Of a stretch of DNA of 59,531 nucleotides, positions 12,003 to 25,850 are shown one piece after another. The stretch is from Octopus bimaculoides. Its lineage: Eukaryota. Each line of letters starts with the position of its first letter. Positions within the stretch are counted from its first letter, which is position 1. The notes beneath the pieces were generated by a model that worked only from the letters and a program-made list of their open reading frames with translations, ran no database searches and had not been told where the DNA came from. Both the position numbers and the translations under genes were made by a program. The DNA is taken from NCBI RefSeq assembly GCF_001194135.2, contig NC_068985.1, positions 17,417,707-17,477,237 on the forward strand, in the 5' to 3' direction.

Positions 12003-12385
12003 GGAGGCGCAATGGCCCAGTGGTTAGGGCAGCGGACTTGCAGTCATAGGATCGCGGTTTCGATTCCTAGACCGGGCGTTGAGTGTTTATTGAATGAAAA
12101 CACCTAAAGCTCCACGAAGCTCCGAGAGGGGATGGTGGCGAACCCTGCTGTACTCTTTCACCACAACTTTCTCTCACTCTTACTTCCTGTTTCTGTTGTG
12201 CCTATAATTCAAAGGGTCAGCCTTGTCACACTGTGTCGCGCTGATTATCCCCGAGAACTATATTAAGGGTACACGTGTCTGTGGAGTGCTCAGCCACTTG
12301 CACGTTAATTTCATGAGCAGGCTGTTCCATTGATTAGATCAACTGGAACCCTCGACATCGTAAGCGATGGAGTGCCAACAACAAC
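12003..12385 (+). mobile_element. tRNA-derived SINE, family A, full length
   Basis: ggcgcaatggcccagtggttagg (A box), ggtttcgattcc (B box), (caa)n tail; approximate TSD gagatcatg/gagatcgtg. Confidence 0.92.
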
Positions 12386-13442
12386 GGGAGATCGTGTATA
12401 GTTTTGCTCTTTTCTTTTTTTTATGAGATGGTAAAGTAAAAGGAGATGAATCGATGACCATCACCTCTGAAGGCCCTTCTGGTCTGGTGAGATTGATGCT
12501 GGTGTGATCTGTTGGAAAAACATGGTTTGGGTTGAGAAATTTCAGTGAATTGACACTTGGGAAAGGAAGGGTTGGCTAAAGTATTTAGGGCAGGTACTGA
12601 TGAAATAGAATAAGTTTGATGAGAGAAGGAAAAATGGGTAGGATTAATTAGCCTGAAAGGGGAGAGTAGCTAGTTTAGAGGAGCAGGAAGAAGTCATTGC
12701 AAAAGTGATATAATAATCAGAGTGGGAAGACATCTTGCCTTCAAGCTAGAAGTTGTAGGAGTGTATTTGGTATGTGGATCATCACCAGTAAATAGATAGC
12801 CTCCGTTTTGATGTGATGTACAATGTTTGTGTATGTAGAGGCAGCCCCAGCCCCAGATATATGAGCAGTATTTCTTTGAAAGTTTTATTTGAAGCTCCTA
12901 ATCAGGACCAAAGTATTTCTTTGCTCTAAAGAGGAATCTTAGTCTTTGTAATACAGTTTCGGCAACGTTACATATGTGAGGTCACCCAGAGAAAAGATTT
13001 GTAGTGATTTTGAAAGTTTTAGTTGTTATTTTTAATTCCTGAAAATGGTGGGGTATAACACTGATGTGTTCTTGTATACTTGCTACTCATGCATTATATA
13101 TACATGCAAATATGTATGTAGAAGTTTGCATTTGCATATAACTTATGCACATAAGAAATCTGTACAAAAAGAGACTGAACTTTTAAAGCAGTGTGCTCAT
13201 GACTAGTGCTGTGTGGGTGATTTTGACCTTCAGTTTAATAATAGCCACATCATGCCCATGTCAGTTACTGAGCTACATGTGCTAGAGTGAATATGTGCTT
13301 AATGCATTTGGCAATTTGTCACAAATTTTAAAAAATGAAGGATTTGGAAGAGCAACAATTTGTTTCAGATTTGTTTCAGATTGGAAAAAAAAAACTTTTC
13401 CAGATGTATTATTCATGTTGTATCAGACTTATGAAGAGGTTT

Positions 13443-13828
13443 GTGGAGGCGCAATGGCCCAGTGGTTAGGGCAGTGGACTCGCGGGCATAGGATCGTGGT
13501 TTCAATTCCCAGACCAGGCATTGTGAGTGTTTATTGAACGAAAACACCTAAAGTTCCACGAGGCTCCGGCAGGGGATGGTGGCGAACCCTGCTGTACTCT
13601 TTCACCACAACTTTCTCTCACTCTTACTTCCTGTTTCTGTTGTGCCTGTAATTCAAAGAGTCAGCCTTGTCACACTGTGTCACGCTGAATATCCCCGAGA
13701 ACTATGTTAAGGGTACACATGTCTGTGGAGTGCTCAGCCACTTGCACGTTAATTTCACGAGCAGGCTGTTCCGTTGATCGGATCAACAGGAACCCTCGAC
13801 GTCATAAGCAACGGAGTGCCAACAAGAC
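13443..13828 (+). mobile_element. Family A SINE, full length
   Basis: Same consensus as 12003; TSD atgaagaggttt at 13431-13442 and 13829-13840. Confidence 0.93.
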
Positions 13829-14186
13829 ATGAAGAGGTTTATCAGAGCCAAACTCAATGTGACAAGTGGTGCCAGCATTTTAAAATAGAAATAACCTCCA
13901 CTGAAGACAATCCCAAATCTTGATAACTTTCCACGAAAATGAAAGTTGATCAAATTGCAAAAGTATGTACTGTGATCTGTGAAAGGTGTTGCTTGATTGT
14001 CTGTAAAGTTCCTAAAGGAGTGGGAATCTGTAATAGTTTGTGGCATATGATTTTAAAAGAAAAAGTTAAGATGCATTGAGTTGCTGCAAAATTTGTGTTA
14101 CATCTATTGACAGATGAATAAAAGGAGAACTGAGTTACAGTCAGTCATGAATCATTGGATTATTCATATACTGAAGCAAACTTTCT

Positions 14187-14419
14187 CATTTCTTTACTGC
14201 CCACAAGGGGCTACACACAGAGGGGACAAACAAGGACAGAAAAAGGGATTAAGTCAATTCCATTGATCCCAGTGTGCAACTGGTACTTATTTAATCGACC
14301 CCGAAAGGATGAAAGGCAAAGTCGACCTCGGCGGAATTTGAACTCAGAACGTAGCAGCAGACGAAATACCGCTAAGCATTTCACCCAGCGTGCTAACGTT
14401 TCTGCCAGCTTGCTGCCCT
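14187..14419 (-). mobile_element. Family B SINE, full length
   Basis: 18-bp TSD tactgaagcaaactttct at 14169-14186 and 14420-14437. Confidence 0.93.
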
Positions 14420-14999
14420 TACTGAAGCAAACTTTCTGAAAAGTGTTGTAAGAGGTGATGAAACAAATGTATAGTAACAATGTTGAAACAAAAGAGATTG
14501 TCATTGCAATAGACTGAATCATCATTGCCATGCCTGAAGAAGCCCATCAGAATCATTCAAATGTGAAAATGATATCGATAATTTTTTTTTATTATTAGAC
14601 AGATGTTGCTTGACATAAGTTTGTTCTGTGTGGCAGATAATCAATAAAGAGTTTTAGCTGGATCTCCAAAAGCATTCGAGTGAGGTCTGAGGTATGGACA
14701 AACAAAACCTGAGTAGTTCCGCACAACAACTTACCTGTTCATGCACCACTCTTTATGTCACTTACTCTCCCACCACCCATCTCATCAAATCTGTCCTCAA
14801 AGTTGAAATCACCCCATTAAGGTTATTTGATATCATATGTTAGAAGAGATCATAGAAGATTTGCTACATGAATTGCACACTATGCCTGAAAACATGACTG
14901 AAGATGTATTCTGAAACTGGAAAAAAAATGCAAATGGAAATTATTGTGTAGGAGATACGTTTGACTAAATTCTAAATAAAGCAATAAATTTGTTTTATA

Positions 15000-15801
15000 T
15001 AAGTTCAATTTCTTTTTTGAACAGACTTCATACATGAACCATGTCAATGGGTGTAAATATGTGTATCTGTATAACAAAAGAAATGACAGATGGTTATGTG
15101 TAGACCCTTCTGAAGTTCCAAGTGTTATGCATACAAAATTTCCTGTAGCTGTCATGGTTTTAGGGGTTGTCAGCAATGAAGGACATGTGATGCCNNNNNN
15201 NNNNCTGTCATGGTTTTAGGGGTTGTCAGCAATGAAGGACATGTGATGCCTCCTTACTTCTTTCCACAAGGCCTTAGAGTTAACTCTGCTGCCTACATTG
15301 AGGTCCTGGAAATAGTTGTTAAGCCCTAGATAGACAGTGTTTGCAATGGAAGGTCATATGTGTTTCAGTAAGACTCTGTACTATCACACATGGCTCTAGT
15401 AACACAGGAATGGCTGGCTGAAAATTTTCATGATCACATAACCCCTAATATTTGGCCTCTTAATTCCCCAGATCTCGATCCATTGGACTATTACATGTGG
15501 AACATTGTTGAGAGAGAGGTCAATGAACACACCCATAACACCAAAGATTCTTTGAACGGTGTCATAGTCAGAATAATGTCCAAAATCAACCAGGAACACT
15601 TCATTTGAACATGTACATAATTTAGATCTCATATAGAAGCATTTGTGGAAGCTGAAGGTGGCTTTATTGAATAACATTATAGAAAAGAAAGTTTATTTTT
15701 ATCCTCATAGCATTTTTTGATAAATAAAGTTATTATCTGTTATTATATATCTGTTTTTTTATAAACATAAATCTGTCCTCAAATATCTTACACACCCTCT
15801 A
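15000..15801 (+). mobile_element. Tc1/mariner DD37D (maT-type) transposase C-terminal half with right end
   Basis: VMVLGVVSNEG...FQ*D-x37-D (..WPLNSPDLDPLDYYMW); 37 residues counted between the second and third D. Confidence 0.85.
15195..15204. other. Assembly gap (10 N)
   Basis: N run flanked by an identical 46-bp duplicate. Confidence 1.
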
Positions 15802-16249
15802 TATTTCAATATATGTACCTATACATGTAGGCGGTGTGTAATTATATATAAGCATATAGTGGTTAAGCAGCTGCTACACAGTGTGTAGTTCTCATGAAAC
15901 ATGAGAGGAGATTAGATAGTAAAGCTTATCCATTAAAAAATTTTGTATTTGTTATTTTGACAGTGAAATCCATTCAGAGACCACTCATCAAAAATGAGAA
16001 CATGATCACTCTGTGTAAATTGGCTCCCATCATGAGATCAGGCATTTTTTCTCACTTAGCTCACACTTATATAAACATCTTACATATCAATATATACATT
16101 CATAATTACATAAATATATATATACACATAGACATACATACATACAGACAGTCAGACAGAGAGATAGATAAACTACAATATCTTGAATATTGTTTGGATG
16201 TAGAACCCCTGGACATCTCATCACCACTTTTTATTTCCTTAGAGATACA

Positions 16250-16960
16250 TATATTAGGTTGTCCGGAAAATAATGGCTGATTTTTAAAATAAGCCTATAT
16301 TTTTTGAAAAAGTGAACTTATACAAAGGTTTAAATATTCAAAATAGGATCCATGAACAGCTATGCATTTCTCCCATCGATTATCAAGGTCTCTTATGCCT
16401 CTTCGATAAAAATCCAAAGGTTTTGATGCCAAGAAATCCTTGAATTCAGTTTAGACTTTGGTCTTGGAATGGAAGGTTTTTTTGCCCTAAAAAAGTGTCT
16501 AGATACTTGAAAAAATGGTAGCTGGTAAGTGAAAGATCAAGAGACTATAAAAGATGTGGTAATGTCTCATATTCCAAGTCTGCAGTCTAATCCTGGAAAC
16601 ATGCAGTCAAATGTTGCTGTGGAGCAGTATTGGACCACGTTGATTAACAAGTGCAGGTCACATTTCGTTCAAGTGAACAGGCATTTCTTCCAAATGCTGA
16701 TCATCATGAATGGATGCACGTTCTCTATCTTCTTGATTTTCAAGGCTCTCATCCTCACTACAAAATCAAACCACCAATTTACTGTCCAATCACTAGTGGA
16801 CCCTTCACCTTCATGCCCTGTTGATATTGATGGTTGTTTGGGAAGCATTATGTCCAAGCTCGAATTCATGCAAAAAAAGTAAACACAGTTGAAGTGAACA
16901 AAAATAAGCCATGAGTTATCATAAGAAATGCATGAAGAAAATGGTTAATAATATTCAAGA
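16250..16960 (-). mobile_element. Internally deleted mariner element
   Basis: C-terminus KDFLASKPLDFYRRGIRDLDNRWEKCIAVHGSYFEY* and TIR-like tattaggttgtccggaaa at about 16252. Confidence 0.75.
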
Positions 16961-17159
16961 AAAAAAGGGTAAAACATGGTTGGTGAAGGTGTTTTATTGT
17001 GTGTCTGATAATTTATTTGGTTTCTTCTAGACCACTTCTTCTCTTCTGTCCATGTTTATTGCATGGAAGTGTCTGTTGCAAAGTTCACAAGGGATCCATG
17101 GTGGTTTTGGTTGTTACAACCTCCATTTTCTTTCTTGTCATTTCTCTTCTTCTTTCCTC

Positions 17160-17625
17160 TGTTGTTCAGCTTCAAAATGATCTGTCACAGTGGAGATGGA
17201 ATGATGCTGAGCCTGTCTTGAGCTTCAATGTCCCAGGCTTTGGGATTGATTCCAGTCAGCTTTAGACTTTGCTTCATCTGATCCTTGTATTGGCAGAGGG
17301 GATGGCCATGGAGCTTCCTTCCAGTGGAAAGTTCACCGTATAAAATTTGATGTAGTAGCCTGATTTCTTTCATTCTTGCTACGTGACCCACTCATCTCAG
17401 ATGATGTTTCAGGATGGTGGCCTCAATGCTGTTACTTTTTGTTCTCTCCAAAATGGAGACATCGGTCACATAGTCATTCCATTTAATATTCATAATAGAG
17501 TGAAGCTTCTGTTGATGAAATTGCTCTAGTTTTTTGACATCACTTCGGTAAAGAGTCCAGGTTTCACAACCATATAGGAGAGTGGAGATCACAGCTGCTT
17601 GGTAGATACTCAATTTTGTTTTGTG
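17160..17625 (-). mobile_element. RTE/BovB-like LINE C-terminal fragment
   Basis: YQAAVISTLLYGCETWTLY...LEQFHQ...LR*MGHVARM...ILYGELSTGRK..GHP...YKD. Confidence 0.9.
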
Positions 17626-18141
17626 GTTCAGATCCTTGTTCTTAAAGATCCTTTTTGCTTAGAAATCAAATATTAAGAGTGGAAGAGAGAAAAGTGAAAT
17701 TTAAAATTTTGATGATACTCTCAAGTTTTGCTTGCTCTGTGGCATAACATAGATAATGCTTCCATGTTACTCAGGGATGTTAACTGATTTATTTCCTCCT
17801 CTACACTATTTTTATTGTCATATGTCTATGTCTACAATTATGAATCCATAGCTCACCACACTCCTCCTTGCTCTCTACTTCTTTTACTTATGACTTTTTC
17901 TGATTACTCCTTCACTCCACTTCATCCATCTCTTCTAATAACTCAAATTGTTTCATATATAATCCCATAATATAGGAAAACAATTTGGAGCAGTCATTAG
18001 AGTGTCAGATAGAAAGCTTTATAGTAATCATTCTGACATTTTGCATTCTGAGTTCAAATCCCACAGAGGTCAACTTCATGCATTTATTTGTAAAATTAAG
18101 GAAGTTATTAATTGAAACCCATCAGTGACTTTTGGGACACC

Positions 18142-18172
<31 letters not shown>

Positions 18173-19159
18173 CTCTTACTGCTACTGTTAACATGTAACC
18201 CAGTACATCCTGTTGCATGTTTGGGCCAACAATGACTAAACCAACCCTACTAAGCCTGCTCGGCAAGGAAGGTGGTTTTCATTGGACACCTTGTAGGACG
18301 AAAAACAAAACTTGTCCAAGGCTGAATGAATCCAGTCAAGCCAATGGCCATTCCACAATTGGGGATGAGAGACCCCCTAGTCTTTATTTAGATATCTCTC
18401 TAGGAGTAGAAAATTCTGAAATAACACCCACTTCATTGCAAAGCTGGAGATCTTGCTCTCACTCGCGTTTGGACCACTTGGCTTTGTAGGTTAGAGTCTT
18501 AGCAGTGTTGTGCAAGCAGTCATTGATTTTAAATTTCAGCACAAACCTTGCTGAGGAGCCATTTTCTTAAACATCTAGGATAAGATAATTTGTCAGTGAT
18601 GGTCATACTTGCCTATGAGTTGACAGCAATCATGTATGTATGTGTGAGCGTGTGTAAGTCTGTGTATATTATCAAAAGAGATATACATTGGTGAGAAAAT
18701 TGCTGATAAACCAATGTGTTGAACAAAAATACTTTGCAGTGTTTATTTCATTTACATATGTATTCTCTTGTCCATGCTAACCTCAAGAAATGCATTGCGC
18801 TAATAATTGGTCCATTGAGAATACGTGTAATTAACAATACTATTGCTTACAAAATGCATGATATGAAATAAAAACAATAAAAATGATATAACAAACACTC
18901 ATTTTTTGCTACACTTGAGCCAAGACAAATTTGCAACAGTCAGAGAATTCTTTAAACTATTGGAGATATGCCTGTCATGTCTACAGGAGATGTGGATTTG
19001 TGTTCCATTGGCAGCCTTTGACTTTTTCTATGCAAAAGGGATTTTTTGACCCAATTTTTATTTGCTGTTATTTAAAGCTTTGTTTGTGCTTTGAGACTCA
19101 CTATTCCAAAAATAAAGATAATAATTTTGATGTAAGCCATTACATATTGGTTCTAGGGG

Positions 19160-19335
19160 GATAGGAGAAGTGGATTACATCTACCCCAGTCCAAAACTAG
19201 TACTTAATTTATCAACCCCAAAAGGATGAAAGGCAAAGTGGACCTTGGCAGAATTTGAACTCAGAACATAAAAACAGATAAAATGCCACTAAGCATTTTG
19301 CCCAGCATGCTAACGATTTTGGCAACTCACCAGCT
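19160..19335 (-). mobile_element. Family B SINE
   Basis: aaggatgaaaggcaaagtggacc..gaatttgaactcagaac..ttgcccagcatgctaacg. Confidence 0.85.
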
Positions 19336-19785
19336 TTAAGCCATTAAATATCAGCTGTCTGTCATACTTCCATTCAAAAAGCATGAGTATCAGATTATAT
19401 GTGTTATCTCTTTATCAATTATCTTCAAACTGGGGCACCAATTTTGACTTGAGCCTAATTGTGTTGCAGAATAGCTAAGTTACTACTCTGAGTTTAGCTT
19501 AAGTTTTCAGTTGCACTAGTTTTACTTACAAATGAAAGTGACTACATGTTTAATCGTTTTTTTCTAGACATTGGCTTTATTTGAAATTCATTGTTATTGA
19601 TTTGGAAGGTTTAATGAGGAGGTCTTCATGTTGTTTCCATATGAAAAAATGCTGTTTTTTCATTGGCTCAGAAATTCAAGAATGCATGCAACATTCAGAG
19701 TCAAATACTAGCATTTGACCAGAGCATATAAACCAGTTAATGCATATCTTTCTATTAGGCTGAGATATGTCAACAAAACCCCAAT

Positions 19786-19786
19786 G

Positions 19787-19862
<76 letters not shown>
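19786..19862. repeat. (CT)n microsatellite
   Basis: Direct inspection. Confidence 0.95.
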
Positions 19863-19865
<3 letters not shown>

Positions 19866-20974
19866 CCTCCCTCCCTTACCACTACTCAAATCAGTTTTCC
19901 TGTCTCCAATTCTTAATCTCTTTCTGGAAAAAGAAATCACTTGTGGTCAGGCCTGAAGAGGGATAGACAAAGTTGGTGCAGATGTCCAAACATGCTACAT
20001 GTCAGGAGCTGAGGACTCAGGGCAAAGGAAGGCATCATAGAACCAGTTGTACCACTTGACATAGAATCAATGTATTAAAGAATTAATTCTTAACCCTATG
20101 ACAACAGTTGTTTATCAGGCAGCCAGGCCGTACCAATGGTAGACATTCGCACAGTGGCCTCTATTATTGACTCTGTGAACTACAGCAGATATTTACATCA
20201 ACCAGTACAAAACCAGAGCAGATAAGGTTGTGTATATTTACACGATCCAATTTAAAGCAAATACACAGCAAATGTAAATTAATGTCAACCAATGTCATGG
20301 GATTAAAAGCATTATTAAGTCAATGAGGAAACTTCTATATAGTTGCTCCCAATTAGAAATAACAGTGAAATATTCTTCATGGCATGCCCTACCCTCTTAA
20401 TAAAGAATGGACATATTGAATAACTTAGTCCTATATATTATGTCTGAAGAAAAGATGAGATTGTCAGAACTGGAATGCATTTGTAACAGACAGGTCTGCT
20501 GCTCTGCTGCATCAGAGCAGATTTATGGCTAAACAACAAATTGCTTCAGCAAAAATAAGGCAAAACAAAGCAAAAGAAACACAGGCAATAAAAAAGAAAA
20601 GAAAAAGAAGCAGAAAAAAAAATGTGACAGGAGAAGCAAGAGACAAGAGGGAATAAGACAATAAGACACTTGAAAAATGGAAAACAAAATTCTGAAAAAT
20701 GCATAAAATTTAGGGAAGAGATAAGAGAAAGAAAGAATTGAAGAAGTATAAAGGGTTGAAAACTGGAACCCTTAAGAAAGAAATTTATTTTTAAGCAAAG
20801 AAGAAAGAAAATAAACAGTCTTAAATTACTGCTCTCTCTGTCTATCTGTGTGTGTGTATGTGTGTGTGCGTGTGTGTGTGCATGCATGCATGTGTGTGTG
20901 TGTGTGTGCATACATGCATGTGTGTGTGTGCAGTTATATAATGAACCAAAAATCTGCTAATTAGTATTTTTCAT

Positions 20975-21235
20975 TCTTTTATTTGTTTCAGTCATTTGAC
21001 TGCGACCATGCTGGAGCACTGCATTTTAGTCGAACAAATCGACCCCACGACTTATTCTTTGTAAGCCTAGTACTTATTCTATCAGTTTCTTTTACCGAAC
21101 TGCTAAGTTACGGGGACGTAAACACACCAACATCGGTTGTCAAGTGATGGTGGGGGGACAAACACAGACACACAAATATATACAATGGGCTTCTTTCAGT
21201 TTCCGTCTCATAAGGCTTTGGTCTGCCCACAAGGC
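20975..21235 (-). mobile_element. Family C SINE (head truncated)
   Basis: Matches the 10200 copy. Confidence 0.85.
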
Positions 21236-21879
21236 TTTTGCCTCTTCTTTACTCCTCAGTTATCATCCAAATGCATCACATGTTTATGTCGATGCAGTCA
21301 CCTCTCTTACATATAAGAACTGATTCCTCTCAGACCCAGTTTTTGTCTCTGTTCATCTGTACCATGTCACTCACAAACACTAACATTCAAACAACACACA
21401 TAAGAAAATGCTTGTTTCTTTCTTTCCAACCATTTCATATTCTCTGCATTCAATGTCTACATCCTTACTTCTTTATTGCCCACAAGGGGCTAAACATAGA
21501 GGGGGAAAACAAGGACAGACAAAAAATCCCAAATTTTATTTAATTTGCTTTGCGGGAAGGACTGTTTCAATGAAGTCACGTATTGTCCTTGCCTTTGAAA
21601 CGTGGAGTAGATGAAACAGGGACAACTGACGAAGGGGTATACTCTATATGTTGCATGTCTCGTTTCTCTGTTTGTTTTTTTTCGTTGTTTGAAAAAAGTT
21701 TGTTTTCTATGTTTTCGTTTCTCATTGTGTTTAACGTTTTTTTTATGTCATGTACCCATATATGCATGTATGTATACATATAGATGTAGGTATATACATA
21801 TATGTATGGATATATGCATATATTTATATATTATATATATTATATATATATGTGTGTGTGTATACATATCTTATATCTT

Positions 21880-22262
21880 TTACTTGCTTCAGTCATTAGA
21901 CTGTGGCCATGCTGGGGCATCACCTTGAGGAACTTAAATTGAACAAATCAGTCCCAGTGCTGTAAGCCTGGTACTTATTCTAACAGTTCCTTTGCCAAAC
22001 TGCTAAGTTACAGGGCCATAAACACATCAACACCCACTGTGAAGCGATGGTGGAGGTCAAAAACAGACACAAACATATAGACACATATATATGTGCATAT
22101 ATATATACGACAGGCTTCTTTCAGTTTCCATCTACCAAATCCATTCACAAGGCTTTGGTCAACCCAAGACTATAGTAGAAAACAATTGCCCAATGTGCCA
22201 CACAGTGGGATTGAACCCGGAACCATGTTGGGAAGCAAACTTCTTACCACACAGCGACGGTT
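21880..22262 (-). mobile_element. Family C SINE, near full length
   Basis: Matches the 10200 copy through ttaccacacagc. Confidence 0.87.
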
Positions 22263-22799
22263 GTGCCTATTAAAAATAAATAAGAAATAATTGTAAGCAT
22301 ATGTATTACGGTTTATTTTTTTATGGGTTTGGTTTGGAGGAGAGGCGCATAAATGGCCCTTACTGGGCCTATGAGAGTCAAGAGAGATCAATGTGGTTGA
22401 TGATCTGCTTGGACAACTGCAGGAAAAAACATAGCAAGGGAGGGAACTTCAGAGTGTTAACATTCTGGAGAGGAAGAAATAGGTGAAATAATGAGTACAC
22501 GTAATGTGTGTGTGACAAGAGGCAGAAAGACAGAGAGAGAGAGAGAAAGAGACAAGTGAGTAAAGTAGACTTGAGTGGAGGCTACTGTAGCAGCAGTGAA
22601 AAAGACAGAATAAAGTGAGTTTGTCTGTGAGTGAAATATTGGAGAAATGTTAGTAAGTAGTACCATGCCAATTAGGCAAATAGGCTCTTTTGTTCTGTTT
22701 TTCTATGCAGTCAAGGATGATTCTATGTGTAGCAACAGCACTGATCCAAATGAGGAAGTAGTATTCTATTGTGTGTTTTATTTGAGCATAATAGAGAGT

Positions 22800-23150
22800 T
22801 ATCAACTGTCATAGCAGTGTGGCAGACACATATCTCATACTCAAATCTTCAGTGATAATGGACTGAACTGAACCGTAACTAATTTGCACATCCTCTAATA
22901 ACTCGTAGATGGTAATTTGATGATTTCCCCTTGCAGCTGCATGCACATCTGCAATGTTTTTCTCAGTTCTGCTGGTTGTAGGTCTCCCAGAACGTTCATC
23001 AATATTGATGTTTTTCTGACCATCTTGGAAACGTCTGAACCACTCATACACTTGTGTGTGGCTCATACACTCCTCTCCATACACCTGCAACTTTGTGTTG
23101 GTCTCTGAGCAGGTATCACCATGACAACTTTCTCTGCCATGGTCAATGCA
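22800..23150 (-). mobile_element. Mariner transposase N-terminal fragment
   Basis: QVYGEECMSHTQVYEWFRRFQDG...DERSGRPTTS...ISYGSVQSIITEDLSMRYVSA. Confidence 0.9.
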
Positions 23151-23604
23151 ACAATCACATGCTACACGCCTTCCTTCCAAGTACGGCTGTAAACAGCAGA
23201 AGTGAGTTAGAATGTTCAAACTTAGTGTGCATGCACAGCAGAATTCAAGGTCGACATTTGCCAAGCAACTTGACTCAATGTGTTTTAGCTTTGTCACTAT
23301 GGCAACAGTCTGGATACTTATTGATCAGACCTTTGAACACTTAATAATACATTCAAAAATACACTACGCTGGAATATAATATGGGGTGGTCATTGTGGGA
23401 ATGTCTCTGATCATAGATCCACTCTAATTTCAGTTGATTTGGAGTTAAGAAAAGCACAACTCATTAGTAGTTTGGTAAACTCTGAAAATACATATCACAT
23501 TACAGAAGAACCTATTTTGGAGACTCTCTCTAGTATTAGTTCCATCCAGTAAATCTCATAATGATAATTCTTAATACAAAAACCTAGCTAAAATTAATTA
23601 CAAT

Positions 23605-23808
23605 GTACTGGTGCCATGTAAAAAGCATCCAGTACACACTGTAAAATGGCTGACCTTAAGAAGGACATCTAGCCATAGTCACCTTGCCAAAGCAGACAAT
23701 AGGAGCCTGGTGCAGCTCTCTGGCGTGCCAGCATCTGTCAAACAGTCCAACCCATGCCAGCATGGAAAAACAGAGGTTAAATGATGTTGGTGATGATGAC
23801 GACGACGA

Positions 23809-23842
<34 letters not shown>

Positions 23843-23858
23843 GGTGGTGGTGGTGATG
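23605..23858 (+). mobile_element. Family D retroelement 3' end with (GAT)n/(GGT)n tail
   Basis: aaagcatccagtacacact...ggagcctggtgcagc...aacccatgccagcatggaaaa..gttaaatgatg. Confidence 0.8.
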
Positions 23859-25509
23859 ATGGCAAGGATTTTTTTTGGTATCATATGTATAAGCAAAAAT
23901 CATTAATATACACCTTCAAAGACAGATAAATCATATTTTAATAATTGAATACTAGTACAAATAGCATGGTATAATCCACCCAGACCCTCCTTAAAGGTGG
24001 AAGGAGAGGGACCTGGTTGTTAAAACTAGTCTAAGAAAAAATAACCATCAAAAAGGTGCTCTTTGGCTCTTTTGCTATACAGGCAGGTGACAAGGGATTT
24101 TGACAAGTGATAAAATCCACCTAACCCATGCCAGTATGGAAATACGGACATAAAACGATTATGAAACAAGTCTACTATAATTTAATTATAGTATTAAAGG
24201 TCTATTATAATTTTTACCTAATTTCGTTATTCAAAAATGTGACATTTTCTCAAATAATATTACTTGTTTCATGCTTTAAGTTCAATTTATATGCAACAAG
24301 GTTAGAGAAATTTGTTTTTTGGTTCTTTTTAATATATAACTTTTTTTTTCTTTTCGTAACCTCTGGTTTTTATATTATTACTTACACATTTTTTTTTTTC
24401 AAAACGAGTAGAAAACTCATAAAGAAATATTCGACAATTGTGAAGCTACTTTCAGAGTTAACACAAGGGAAGTAACTAGGATTTCTTTAACACGTGAAGC
24501 CGTTCGAGAAAACCCAATATTGACTAAGTTAATAATAAAAACTAATATTTCATTTAAATCCACTTGAGTATATGATAGCACTAAAATAAAATCCCACACT
24601 TCGAACAGCTTTTAGCAAAAATCATGGTCTTTTACGAGAAAATAAATTGACGATATTACGTTTATGTATTTGGTTGGCAAGACAACTGGTATGAAATCGT
24701 GTATTGAAACAGATACTATATATTTGGGGATGGTCATATTTTTACCAGTTAACCACACGCACTATATACTTGGTATTATCATTATTTTTATTTCAGTGTC
24801 CTTTGAAATCTTTCGTCACACGTCCAGTGACTTCTTCAACGGCTGTCCATGCTACGTGTTTCCTCTTGTTCTGTTTAGTCCATTCTGTCTTCCTGTCAGA
24901 ATCGACAATAGATAGGATAAAATAGTAAAAAAAAAAAAAACACCCCTCATTCAGTGAATCTCTTAAACTATCACAAATTGTTGAAATATAAAGCAATATC
25001 TAAATTAAAAGGCTGTCAAAATTTACTATGCACGTTTCTATAATCATCCATGTGTGCAAAAACATTATCAACTTAGCGAAGTTTTTCCTGCTAGGTTACT
25101 CAGTTTGCTAGAAATATCAACCAAAGCTCCCTCAAATCACATCCTACTGCCTGGGAAAAAATAACCTTTTTAAAAATCAATCCTAAAAGACATTATACTT
25201 TATAAATTGTAGATAAATCCCAGCTTGAAAACCAGTCATTGTACACATGTTGATTAGGGCTGAGAAACAAAAATAACTTTATATTTTTCTTGATTATTTG
25301 AGTTCTTTGAAATGTCAAAAATTTGAAGAAACCTGAGAAATAATCAAAGAATTTTTTTTTTCTTTTTTGCATATCTACCACCACATATACATGGTCATGA
25401 GGTAAAAAGTTTGCTTCCCAACTGCAAGGTCTTGAGCAAGTGTCTTCTACTATAGCCCTGGGCCAACCAAAGACTAAATCCTTGTGAATGGATTTAACTC
25501 AAAGCTCAT

Positions 25510-25546
<37 letters not shown>

Positions 25547-25589
25547 ATGTGTTTCTGAGAGTTTTAGTTAAGTTCTCTAAAGAGAGTTC

Positions 25590-25850
25590 AAGCTGGTCAC
25601 AAACAGTACAAGTGCTTTTTATGTGGTGCATAGTGTGTAAAAGACCTGCCTGCATGCATGGATAGCCATAGTTTTATTCAGCTAGCTGTGTGTTCTCAAG
25701 TACAACAAATTGCCAGAAGTCTCAGTCCTTCATCATATCCTTAGTGAGGCCCAACATCTGCAGATCCTTTCTCACCACTTCATCCCACATTTTTCTGGGT
25801 CTACCCTTTGAACACGTTCCCTCTACAATTAGAGATCAACCCATGCAATA
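25590..25850 (-). mobile_element. RTE LINE 3' end
   Basis: Minus strand GTCSKGRPRKMWDEVVRKDLQMLGLTKDM, followed by a 3' UTR motif shared with the 48.4-49.2 kb copy. Confidence 0.7.

Larger units (their letters stand above)
13320..14870 (+). mobile_element. Decayed mariner transposon interrupted by two SINEs
   Basis: Colinear remnants: HTH region, ..VAAKFV.., FL|KSVVRGDET (first catalytic D region), then a region resembling HDNA/PYSPDL near 14720-14800. Confidence 0.75.

Noticed and set aside
12003-12080. tRNA gene (also 13446, 55545, 58753)
   Set aside because: The A/B boxes are SINE heads: no complete cloverleaf, and each is followed by the same 300-bp body, tail and TSDs.
15149-15250. 46-bp direct repeat inside the DD37D element
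   Set aside because: Identical copies flank a 10-N gap; typical of overlapping contig ends.
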